Assembly: GCA_030704615.1 (NCBI GenBank)
Contig: CM060732.1
Coordinates: forward strand, 78,244,001-78,308,000
Length of the DNA: 64,000 bases
Source: Takakia lepidozioides
Taxonomy: Eukaryota; Plantae; Bryophyta
Reading direction: 5' to 3'
In this document: in pieces, positions 52,686-64,000 of the stretch
Numbering within the stretch: the first letter of the stretch is position 1
Layout of the letters: each line of letters opens with the position of its first letter
Position numbers and translations under genes: made by a program
Notes under the pieces: model-generated
Databases searched by the model: none
What the model saw: only the letters and a program-made list of their open reading frames with translations
What the model was told of the DNA's origin: nothing

Positions 52686-54191
52686 GTGCATGCGCTTGTT
52701 GATCCCACAGGAGACATGCTCATACAGTCCTCCATAGTCCCCTCATCTGGACAACTTCTCATCCGTGCTTCATCCAACGTTCATCCATTACACTTTTACG
52801 TCCATCCCAAATCCATTCATCCGTGAATGTATCATCGTGCATTCGTGCCACTTTGTCGTGATGGAGCCTGTCTGTCTTCGGTCCGATGGAGCGGAGACTG
52901 TGTCTTTGCAGTGAAGTTGGGGTCCACGGAAATAGGCCCACTTGTCCCCACGGTTTTGGAGTCCGCAAGCGAAATCTGCTCACGCTTTGATTCTGCTCAC
53001 GCTTCGGGGAATCTGCTCACGAATCCAGGAATCTGTTCACAGGTCTGCTGCCCTCTGCGTAATTGGCGCTTTATGTACCCAAGATGGTTCTATGAGTGCA
53101 TACAATGAAGTTTCCTGACCTACGCGTCTTGCATTGCGTTTAGCAATGGCAACCTTTTGATTGTGGCGACAGATTTGAGGAGCATAGCCACAATATACAC
53201 CTTTGTAGCTATTTGGCGTAAGTGGTAACTGATTCCGGATTGCATTGTGGAGCCGTACACTAGCTTTAGTACACGCTTTTGCTGTCTACTGTTATCAATT
53301 TTTTTTTTCAGTTCTCTCTCCTCTGCACGTATGCGTTTCTCAGTATCTTTCTCAGCCTTGTCATGTACACGCTTTAACTTTGCATTTGCTCCTCCTTGCG
53401 CTGTTCTCTGGCTTTCACCGCGTCTTCCTTACGCTTCACTTTCTACTTGAGAGAGGAGAGGTACTCATCACTAGTCATTAAAATTGACTTAGAATAATCG
53501 ATCATGGGCTCCGATGCATCTCTGGGTCGACGCTTTTCTTGGATAGGGATCTCAGGCAATGTAAGAAATTGATTAATTGAAATTGGTCTCCTTACAGGTG
53601 CAAAAATCATTTCCTCAGATTGTGAGGACTGAGGATCGGTGGCAGAAGGAGAACTGGAGGGAGGGGAGCTGTTGTTGTCATCCACATCATCGGTACCTTC
53701 CTCATTTTCAACAAAGTAATGATTCATACCTGGTTGAGCAACCTGAATGATGTTACCAGCTGTTACCTCCTCAATTCGTAACTCCTCAATACGTAACTCA
53801 TTTTGAGCTGACAATATATCTTTTGGCTGGGGATGTGGATCGTCCGCCTCGAATGTGAATGCCTCAGATAGGCCCATCCTACCATGCATGGCTTCAACAT
53901 TTAGTGGCCAGATGCCGATGACTTTGAATCCACTTTTCACATTCTCCTTTGTCAAAGCTTTCCTCAATGACAGCGATACCCAGTGGGCTGGATCCTCCTT
54001 CCGTACTGTTTTTCCTTTGTTTCCCATAGTCTATACGTCTCTGTAGGCACGAAATGCAGTCTTAAAAGTTTTGAAAATTGTTACGTCAAGTGGCTGAAGT
54101 GCGTGAGATGTGTGCGATGGCAGGGTGATTAAATCCAACCCAACCTCCTTTGTTGCCTTCACCACATGAATAGTAACGTGACTGCCATGAC

Positions 54192-57100
54192 TGTCGCGCA
54201 CCTCACTTCGGTAAGCTCCCCTTCAAGTCATAGTTACTCGCTTTGATGCGCGCGCTTGACTCCCAACCTGGCCGCCGGGCCAACTTGGAGCTTCGGCTGC
54301 TCACCGGGACATAACGGTCCCCCTTCGCTCTCCCGATAGACCCTCGACTTATTTGGGCCTAGTGGAATTCCCTTTGGTAGATGGCAGTCCGGAACAACTC
54401 CCCACTCTTTGGTCGCTTTCCGGCTCGCTCGCTTACTCACTAGTTTTTGGTCACCAACGGGCTTGCACCGTTCTCGGGGTTACTACTCCCTATATATACT
54501 TCTGTAGCTGTCCGCGGGGGTTCCACAAACAGCCATGCCATTTTATGGTGAACCCGCACGAAGACCCTCGACTCCCGGTGGTGAGTCGCGGTGAGTCTTG
54601 GCCCACTCATCGCGGCCCCAATGGACCGTGATGAGTCCCAAGACTCCCCACGACTCCCACCTCGAGGTCTCCACCCCATGGTGAGTCCTATGCCACCCCC
54701 ACTAAGTCCCGCTAAGCTACCACTACCCCTTGTGGAGCCACCCCCACCGCCACCCGGTGTGCGGGGCTCCGCCTAGTGAGCGCCTCCGCCTCCTTGAGTG
54801 CTTTGGGCACTCAAGGGTGCTTCAGCCCCCGTATCTATTGCTGCCACTGCCCCCACCACAGGGGCAACCCCTTCCGTGTCCCGACCCCCTACCCTCAAGG
54901 CAAAGGGCCGCGACACACACCCCTACCAACAGGGAGTCGATGTCCTCATCGACTTGTCCATTTTGTAGAAACGACATCCAAGTTGTGGCGTCCCACATCA
55001 AGGAGTTTGTTTCCACACCATGGCGTCCCATGGCAAAGAACCAACCCACACTCGACTCTACTCTCCACTAGCTAGTTCGGCCGACTTCCTCCAAGTCCCG
55101 GCTAGGGGTGGAGCCTCTCAAGCTCCTCCCAGTGCACTCTTCTTGGCCTACCTCAAGGCCAAGGAACAATCCTCCCCGAGGATCGAATCGCCTTACTGCA
55201 ACAACATTGCTTGCGACCGCTCATGATGCCGCTTTTGGCATCACCTTGAGCAAGGGTTCACATGGAACCCTCTTTGACTAGGAAGATAACCTTGAATCAA
55301 CCGTGCGCCCCAATCACTACAATTGGGTCCGCCTTGGAATGCTGGCCTGAGGTAACGGGAACACGCCGAAGCCGCACACTACGACTTCGTCCCGAGGCTA
55401 CACGATTATAGTACGTGAACGGAAGCACGTAGCTTCCGCGTTAGCCCGCACTACAAGGCAACCCCCTCAGTAGCGCAGTTATAGTATGCGCACGCGCCAG
55501 GTGCGCACTAGCACGTGAACTCCCAAAGAAGGCGCAAGTTGCCTTGCCCCTTGGATGGGGGTCACCCGATTTCGGCACTACGCAAACACACGATTAACCC
55601 AATTTACCTCTCCCACTTTTGTAAGCTAGCATGCATTCTACACACTAGCCAACCATACCATGCATCACCATTCCAAACAAAATAGGACGCACAACATTTG
55701 GAAGCCATTTCATTTATAGCAAGTTTTGTACAATACAAGTTTTTGCAATCGGATTCCTGAGCTAGCTAAGCCGGGCTAAGCATGCATTTCCTCCCCCATG
55801 CTCCAAGGTTGATGTCCCCATCAACGCTTCTTTCGCTTTTGAGGTCGCCCTTCGAACGCTGCAACCGCCTCGGATGCGTTTCCCAATTCTGAGGCACGTA
55901 CCCAAGATGCCTCCACAATATGATAGCCCTTCCATTTCACGAGATACTCCATTTCTCGGTTCCGGAACCTCCTTGACTTAAGCTATGCCTCCACCTCGTA
56001 CTCAGGTTCATTTTCATGATCCAACAGCATAGGTGGCGGACGCAATACTTGATGCCAATTCGGACGTGCTTCATCTTTGAAGTAAGGCTTCAAAAGGGAG
56101 ACGTGAAATACTGGATGCACCTTGCTGTTTGCCGGTAGCTCCAATTCATACACGTCCTCATTCATAACCTTCCGGATGCGAAAAGGTCCCGCATACGGAG
56201 GTACGAATTTTGGACTCACTTCCGGAGGTAGTCGGAAATTCTTGATGTTCAACCAGACCTCCGTGCCTACCTCAAACTTCACTTCCCTCCGCTTCCGATT
56301 CGCCTGCCTTTCATACCGTTTCCTAGCTTTGGCAATGTTGTACTTTGCGAGCTTCAACAAACGCTCGCGTTCTTCCATTACCGCCGCTACTGCCCGGTTC
56401 CTCAACGTCCTGGGCGGCCCCCAACTGTCGGCACCAGAGGTGCTTTTCCATAGACCAATACGAAAGGGGAGACTCCCGTTGCGGAGTGTTATGTGTTATT
56501 ATAACAGAACTCTACCGCGTCTAAGTGTTCCACCTAGTCTGATTGGTCTGCCGACACGTAATTCCGCAAGATCTGCTTCACTACGGAATTCACTCTTTCC
56601 GTTTGGCCGTCAGTCGTTATAGGTCGAAAGGCGGTGATCATCTTCAGCTCGTCCCCATCTTCTTCCAGAGCGTCCTCCAAAATTTACTCGTAAAACTTTG
56701 GATCGCGGTCCGAGACGATATCCTCGGGACTCCATGATGCTTTAAGACATGGGCGAAGTAAAGTCGCCATGTCTCCTGCGCCGTTGCCGTCTCCTTGGTG
56801 GGGATGAAATGGCCAATTTTACTTAACCTATCCACCACCACCATGATTGCATCAAATCCTTTTGACAGCGGCATAGCAGTCATGAAATCCATCGAGACGC
56901 TTTCCCAAGTCCCTTCTGGAATCGGCAAGGGTTGTAACAGCCCCGCTTGCTTTTTGTACTCGCTCCGGTTTTGTTGGCATGTGGTGCATGTCTTGACATT
57001 ACTCCTCGGCCTCCTCCCTCAGTTGGGCCAGAAATACTCTTTCTTCAGAGTGCCGCAGTGCGCTTGGCTCCGCCGTGGCCCGCAAGCGGGCTATCATGGC

Positions 57101-60100
57101 ATTATCTCAAGAGGCTATCTCTGATCCATCCTTCGGCACGTAGAGACGCTTTTGCTTATATCGGAGCAGTCCATTTTGCAAGTGGAACTGCGATTTAACC
57201 CCCTTCCTCAAGTCCTGCATCACGGATTTCGCCAGCTCATCCTTTCGGCAAGCCTTTCTGATCTTCCTTTGGAGCGCCGTCTCGCCCTGGTACACCAACA
57301 AGAGCTGCTGCTTCCTACTTAAAGCATCGGCCACCACATTGTCCCGCCCCGGTTTGTATTGGATATCCACGTCGAACACCGCCAAAGTATCTTGCCACCT
57401 AAGTTGTTTTGGGGACAACTTGGGCTTGCGTGGCAAAATACTTCACCGTGACATTGTCCGTGAACACCTCACTGGGTTAGAACCAACATAGTGGCGCCAA
57501 AGCTCAAGACAGTGCACCACCGCCTTCATCTCTTTCTCATGAGTCGGCCACCGTCGCTCCACTCTATTCAGTTTCTTACTTTCGTAAGCCACTAGACGTC
57601 CATCTTGCATCAGTACACCCCCAATTGCGAAGTCCGACGCATCTGTATGAATCTCGAACAGACGATCGAACTCCGGGATTTTCAAGACTGGAGCTTCCGC
57701 CATCCGCTGCTTTAATTCAGCAAAAGCTTGGCCACAAAAGGTGTTCCATGCCCAGACCTTGGATTTACACAGAATGTCCGACAGCGGCCCCGCGATCTTG
57801 GTGAAATTTCTCACATACTTCCAGTAATAGGAGGCGAGTCCTAGGAAGGATCGCACTCCCGGGACCGAAGTCGGAGGCTCCCAGTCCAAGATCGCCCTCA
57901 CCTTTCTGTCATCCATTTTGATCTCATCCTGTGTAATCACATGCCACAAGAACTCCACTTTCGTGACCCTGAATTTGCACTTTGAAGCTTTGGCGTACAG
58001 CTTCCCTTCCCGCAATTTTTGGAACACCCTTTTGAGGTGCTCCAGGTGCTCCTCCTTTGTCTTCGAGTACACCAAGATGTCGTCGATGTACACGATCACA
58101 AAGTCATCCAACCACTCCTGGAAAAGGCTGTTCATCAGCGTGCTAAAGGTCGCGGGTGCGTTGGTGAGCCCAAAAGGCATCACCAAGAACTCATACGAAC
58201 CATACCTCGTCCTGCACGCGGTCTTCTCCTCATCTCCTTCCGCCACTCGAATTTGATGATAGCCGGAGCGCAAGTCGATCCGGCTGAAATACTTCGCTCC
58301 TGCCAACCGATCGAAAAGGTCGTCGATCCTTGGCAAAGGGTACTGGTTTTTGATAGTCACCTTATTCAGAGCCCTGTAATCGACACACATCCGCAGCGTC
58401 CCATCCTTCTTGTCTGCGAATAGCACCGGGGCTCCGTAAGGTGACTTACTCGGCCAGATGTACCCCTTTGACATTAGATCCTTGAGCTGAGTCTTCAGCT
58501 CGACCAACTCTCTGTGGCTCAACCGGTAGGGCGCCTTGGCAGGCGGTTCCGTTCCCGGTATCACCTCAATCTTGTGGTCAACTCCTCTTCGCGGTGGCAA
58601 GCCGCTTGGTAAATCCTCCGGCATCACATCTTGGTATTTCTCCAAAATCCCCTTGATCCAATCTGGGCTCGGCTCCCCATCGCCTTCTCCCTTCACTTCT
58701 CTAATGTAAAGCAAAAACTGGGGCTCGTGTGCCTCCTCCACGGCCCACTCCCTTGCTGACAGAAGGTTTATTCGCCCTCCCACGGGTTTGGGCGTTTCCG
58801 ACACTCGTAAGACCTCGCCACCATTCCCACATGGCAGCGTGACTACTCTCTTGCGGCCATCTATGACCGCTCTGGATTTGCTCAAAAAGGTCATACCCAA
58901 AATGAGATCCACTCCATCGATCTTGCAGATTGTGAAGTTCTCACGTCCTTCCCAACTCCCCAGTTGAAGAGGAACATCAAACGCCAACCTTGTTGCCAAT
59001 TGCGGTTCTCCTTTGGCAGAACGCACCTCAATAGAGGCCCCCACGTCACTCGTCGGGAGTCCCAACTTTTGTGCCGTTGCCGGTGTCATGAAGGAGTGCG
59101 ACGCTCCTGTGTCCACCAACAATGACACGTTAGTTCCGGATATTATCCCATCCATGAACAGTAACTGACTCCCTTTACGTAAGGCGCCAGTTTCCTGGTA
59201 CAACTCACAAGAAAATTTGCCTACCTTGCAAGTCCTGGCGACCACCGCTTCCACCAAGCGACTGATGGTATCTTCCGACAGCTCTGTGGTCGCCCGAGTC
59301 ATGTTCAATTGCCGGGGCTTCGTGCACTTCTTGGCCATGTGCCCGGGCTCTCCGCAATTGAAACACACTCCATCAAAGGTCGCCTTCTGTCCGCCATAGG
59401 CCGCTCCACCCACTTTTCCTTTCGAAGCACCGGGTGCCGCCTTGACTTGTGAAGGCCCTCCCTTCGATTTCCACGTGCCATTGTCGCCGCGTGGCCTATC
59501 CCACTTCTTTTCCGGTCGGAAGGAGTCACCTTCCCGCCGGGTCTTCTTGTGGTTCAGCTCCGTACGGCCTTGTCTTTCACCCCTAGGGACATTCTAGAAA
59601 CATTCAGCCCTCTCAATTGCCTCATTCAAAGTCTTGGGTGGCTTCTCCTCCAACTTCCGCCTGGCCCATGGGGCCAGTCCCGCCACAAAGTTGAAGACCA
59701 TTTCTGGTTCTGCCATGTCCGCGACTTCGAGCAACAGCACATTGAAAGCCTGGACATATCCCCGAATGTCGTCTGTTTGCTTCAAATTCCTCATCTTGTC
59801 CCGGGCGAGCCAGGACGCGTTGAGGGGCACAAACTGTCTCTTCATCAATTCCTTGAACCCACTCCAGTTCAAGGTTTCCGGATTTGGACCTCGGTCGTGA
59901 AGGCGTTTCTGCCACCATTGTTGAGCATAGCCCCTCAAATAGGTGGGAGCCACTTCCACCCGATCCTCGTCACTCAACTTGGCCGCCCGGAAGTACTGCT
60001 CTAGCTCCAGGAGCCAGGTGTTGAGTGCCTTCCGATTTCGGACGCCCTCGAAGATGCCGGGTTCCTTAGGCTTCACCTTAAACTTCGCCTTAGTGGAAGT

Positions 60101-61163
60101 GACATAGCCGCCTTCAACACATCTTTCAACGTCCCGCCAAAATGCGCCAACAACCCTTCCCAAAAGGCTGCCGGCATGGGAGGCATCTGTTGGTTTGTCG
60201 GAGCTCTCAAGGATTCCTCGGGCTCCGACTCCTCGGATTCCTCCCGCTCTTGAGCGGCCTCGTTTTCAGAAACCTGAATCGCTTCCTCAAACGGCCGCCT
60301 CTGTGACACGTCGCCCCCATCGGGCTGACCCGGATCATCATCTTTTGGGTCCTTCTGCTTTCGCTTTGGCTTGCCCGACCCCATGATGAGGCCAATCCCA
60401 AGGACGATCGCGTACTGAACTCTAAGCTCTGATACCAAGTGTCGCGCACCTCACTTCGGTAAGCTCCCCTTCAAGTCATAGTTACTCGCTTTGATGCGCG
60501 CGCCTGACTCCCAACCTGGCCGCCGGGCCAACTTGGAGCTTCGGCTGCTCACCGGGACATAACGGTCCCCCTTCGCTCTCCCGATAGACCCTCGACTTAT
60601 TTGGGCCTAGTGGAATTCCCTTTGGTAGATGGCAGTCCGGAACAACTCCCCACTCTTTGGTCGCTTTCCGGCTCGCTCGCTTACTCACTAGTTTTTGGTC
60701 ACCAACGGGCTTGCACCGTTCTCGGGGTTACTACTCCCTATATATACTTCTGTAGCTGTCCGCGGGGGTTCCACAAACAGCCATGCCATTTTATGGTGAA
60801 CCCCCACGAAGACCCTCGACTCTCGGTGGTGAGTCGCGGTGAGTCTTGGCCCACTCACCGCGGCCCCAATGGACCGTGATGAGTCCCAAGACTCCCCACG
60901 ACTCCCACCTCGAGGTCTCCACCCCATGGTGAGTCCTATGCCACCCCCACTAAGTCCCGCTAAGCTACCACTACCCCTTGTGGAGCCACCCCCACCGCCA
61001 CCCGGTGTGCGGGGCTCCGCCTAGTGAGCGCCTCCGCCTCCTTGAGTGCTTTGGGCACTCAAGGGTGCTTCAGCCCCCGTATCTATTGCTGCCACTACCC
61101 CCACCATAGGGGCAACCCCTTCCGTGTCCCGACCCCCTACCCTCAAGGCAAAGGGCCGCGACA
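54192..61163 (-). mobile_element. Full-length chromovirus Ty3/Gypsy LTR retrotransposon
   Basis: 724-bp LTRs at 54192-54915 and 60440-61163 (TG..CA); TSD ATGAC (54187-54191, 61164-61168); Met-i PBS TGGTATCAGAGC (60426-60437); PPT-like sequence next to 54916. Confidence 0.95.
55821..60385 (-). pseudogene. Chromovirus gag-pol (gag, CCHC, protease, RT, RNase H, integrase, chromodomain) with frameshifts
   Basis: [78 protein letters not shown]. Confidence 0.93.
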
Positions 61164-61911
61164 ATGACCATCTAGAACGAGTAAGTGCAGTTCTGTAGGG
61201 GAAACGTCATCTCCTGTTCTCCGAATACAGGTGATGAAGCGTGAGATCCATTTCAGAAATAAATAACCTGTCATCCAGGCTTTTGGCTGCATAGCCATTG
61301 TAGCTCCATACTCATATCTCTCGATATAATTTCTCCTCATTCTCTTCCCTTTAAAGATGTAGAAGTTTGGAATAGTTCCCCCACCTGCATTGATAGCCGA
61401 CAATACAGATAGCCATTCTCTTTCATCTGGCATGACTGAATGGATTGAGCGGGTTCATTTTTTTACGATAACGAGAGCACCTCCATTTCTGCCTACCTGG
61501 GCCCCTGATTCATCGCAATTCCAAATTCGATCAGGTCTATAGTTATGCTTCTTGTACACATCACTGAGATTATGGTAAAATGATGACACATTGTCTGGAC
61601 ACAGCACTTTAGCCCGGCCTATTCCAAACCCTGTGAGACACGGAGAGCTAAATCGGGATGTCGATTCTTGAACCACCTGAGCCACCCCCAACCTGGAATC
61701 CCGTTCTTGAATGGTGTTTGACGCTCCTAAGTAATTTTAGCAACCTTCAATCTAAGCTGAGTGAGTGTGAGAGGGTGACCAAGGTATTGCATGGATTCGA
61801 TGTAATTCACAATCAATCCTTCTTCTGCTTCTGATAGTGTGGCTTTTGTGCCCTTCTTCCTGCTCAATGTGACTCCATACAAATGATTACGGAGACTTGT
61901 CACAGGTATAC

Positions 61912-62622
61912 TATTAGGTGCCTTGAACATAGATCGAGACCTGTCGACCAGTTTGGCGAAGCAAGTGACTGCTAGAAGACCGCCGAACTGACAGTTGCAG
62001 GTCGAATGGAGCAGGCTCGCGTTCACGAACAGATCCACGATTAGGGATTTAAGAAAGTGGGCTTGTAGATGGCAAGAGTGGAGAAGAGAAAAGAATGATG
62101 GTGTACAGGCATCTAGAGCAGATCTGTATTGACAGGAAACTAATGTAGCATGGCGTGGTGGCTAGGTGGACCGGACGTAGCCGGTGCTGTGCTTTTTGGT
62201 GAGCAGAAAAAGAGATCGTGAGAAGAAGAAAAAGGATCGATCTGCACTGGTCTATGGTGATAGAATGTGTTGATGCACGGTGTGGTGGAGGGGCGGACTG
62301 GACATCGTAGTCTAGTACTGTGCATAGATAGAATGGCATGAGATGAGTACACAGGTTGACAGGGAGATCTTTTGAACAAGGAATCAGGCCAGAGTAGGAG
62401 TGACGATCACTTGATCGATCTGTGAATTTGTAAATGAGGGAAGTGGAATAAGAATAGGGCCTTGGCTGGAATTCAGATATAGATGAGAGTCCGGTTGAAA
62501 CAAAATCCCGAGCAATCAGTTTTCCTTGGAGTTTTGGTAAATTCCCTGTGAACAGCAAACCAAGCAAAGCGCCTGAAATTTTGTCATAGTTGGACAAAGA
62601 AAAGAGAGTCAGATCTGTTACA
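61912..62622. mobile_element. Probable solo LTR (711 bp) in the pogo-like gene
   Basis: 5-bp TSD TATAC (61907-61911, 62623-62627); termini TA(=TG?)...CA; removing it restores KNWGIPVTSL. Confidence 0.8.
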
Positions 62623-63225
62623 TATACCCCAATTCTTTGAAGCAGTTTGAATTGGCATGCTAGATTCTACACCTAACATAGTAGCTGCCAATGAGAGTGT
62701 GCTCCAGTTCCCATTTTTCTTCACTTTCACGGTGACACTGCGTTTTGCTCGAGGCTTTGGTGGGACCTGTTCGTCAACGTTCACGTCTCCGGCCCCGGTG
62801 AGTTTTGAATTTGGATTGCAATTAATGGGATAACTGCCCACTCCCATGCAATAACAAATGACGACTGTTTTTGAAATTGAACCGATTTGTTTCTTATTCT
62901 AACATCTTAGGAAAGTAAATGTGCCTAACTGTGCCTTAATGTGTTGCCTAAATAAAAATCGATTTGCCTTGATGCCATATCATGAAGGGATTGTACTTGT
63001 GGGACCAAGAGCTTACTTAGCGTGTACAATATGGCCACTTATGTTAATGAAAGTTCATTCTTTGCACCTAAAACGGTTGATCTGATGTGGATGGACCATT
63101 CTAGGTCCCTGATTGTTTATTTGATGCACATTTATAGGGATCCATTTCAGAACGTGGTCTGAATTGGGTCATCTTCCTTAGGGGAGGAAGACATGGGCAG
63201 GTGTTCCATACGCCAAGTAGATAAC

Positions 63226-63290
63226 AGGGGGTTTGAACCCCAGACCCACAGGCCAATACACGACAGGCTTACCACCGGGCCACAGTCCTG
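63226..63290 (-). other. tRNA-like Pol III A/B-box remnant (possible SINE head)
   Basis: Minus strand TGGCCCGGTGG followed ~27 nt later by GGTTCAAACCC. No tail, TSD or full cloverleaf found. Confidence 0.45.
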
Positions 63291-63404
63291 CTGTGTAAAT
63301 TTTGAAAGCTCAGTAATCAACACAATCCGACGGCCAAAAGACCACAAGTAATTAGTGCCCATGTTTCGAGATCCAACGCTGCACACCAGGGATCGGAAAC
63401 AGGT

Positions 63405-63945
63405 GCCACTTCACGTGGTTTTTAGCCACGTGGCCCGTGTCAAGTGGGCTGACCTATCATAAACACGTGGTCCAACCAAGGGGAGATTCGCTGTGATATA
63501 TATATCGAAACCCTACCCACAATGCAGGGGGAGATGGGGCTTGGCGGATTTGAACCAAGGACCACCAGGATAACGGAGGGCTGCGTGCTGGAAGCTTCCG
63601 AAACAAAATGTGTCGGGACAATTGATCAACGTCGCGACGGAACGGGCGTTCCTGCCTCCCGGAAACCCGCAACGGCCCTGCTACAGCATCCTACCCGTCG
63701 ATGTTGGGTGATCGACGGCATCGGATGCGTGTGGGCTGCCGGCCGGGTATTGGACCCGAGCCCCCGTCGGGCGGTCCGTCGTCCACGTGCTTGGTCCTTG
63801 TCTTGTGCGTCCGAGTGCGTCAGACTGTTTACTTAGTTCGCCCCCAGATCGTGCTTTTGGAGCTCTGCCGATCCATCTGCATAGAGTGGATTCAGGATCC
63901 GAGGATATCCGCGTCAGTTGGAGCGTCTTGTGTTGAGCAGGTAAG
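63405..63945 (+). promoter_or_regulatory. Probable host-gene promoter and 5' UTR exon
   Basis: Three G-boxes CACGTG (63412, 63427, 63464), TGGGCT, TATATATA (~63497), telo-box AAACCCTA (63508), GC-rich leader and splice donor CAG|GTAAGT at 63941. Confidence 0.55.
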
Positions 63946-64000
63946 TTTTTTTTTCTCGGATTGTGAATGTTTGCGATGTTTGCGTCGCGAAATCGCGTCT

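Larger units (their letters stand above)
26402..53055. mobile_element. MULE family A element (~13.2 kb once the nested Gypsy is removed)
   Basis: 9-bp TSD TACGTAATT (26393-26401) / TGCGTAATT (53056-53064), one mismatch. Termini match the 10719-13840 copy. Contains the divergent transposase and ParB/MTase-like genes. Confidence 0.9.
53250..62847 (-). pseudogene. pogo/Fot1-like Tc1-mariner transposase (HTH, CENP-B-type HTH, DDD) interrupted by two LTR insertions
   Basis: GNWS..SKNWGI|PVTSLRNHL..LSEAEE..GWGWLRWFKNRHP..IWNCDESG..LLVLDGH|GSH..LPSHTSHALQPLDV..SGFKVIGIWPLN. The frame rejoins across both TSDs. TIRs not located. Confidence 0.88.

Noticed and set aside
63226-63290. Functional tRNA gene
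   Set aside because: A/B boxes are present but acceptor and anticodon stems do not pair convincingly; the same applies to 8700-8792.

Overview
Eukaryotic, plant-type, transposon-dense window with spliceosomal introns and no complete host gene; a non-seed land plant is my guess. The main result is two divergent but colinear families of Mutator-like (MULE) DNA transposons, each bounded by a 9-bp target-site duplication (TSD) and degenerate terminal inverted repeats (TIRs). Family B is at 14802-25323. Family A is at 26402-53055, and a 3.1-kb non-autonomous A derivative lies at 10719-13840. Each full element carries two head-to-head genes: (i) a GCM-like/MULE-DDE/SWIM transposase and (ii) a multi-exon gene fusing a ParB/Srx-like domain (DGNHR) to a beta-class N4C/N6A amino-methyltransferase-like domain whose motif IV reads DIPDG. 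Each family also carries many copies of its own 22-28 bp palindrome around a shared core TGTCGT-(CA/TG)-ACGACA, in introns of that gene and in subterminal DNA, including a 14-unit array at 44.7-46.45 kb. This resembles a parS/ParB-like or VANDAL/VANC-like self-recognition module; that function is inference. All copies here are decayed (stops, frameshifts). Other content: an At4g13970/At1g60560-like MULE gene, Copia remnants, a TTAA piggyBac-like non-autonomous element, a tRNA-derived SINE, a full non-chromovirus Ty3/Gypsy with a long extra 3' ORF nested in element A, a pogo-like transposase interrupted by a full chromovirus and a solo LTR, and a probable host promoter at the right edge.
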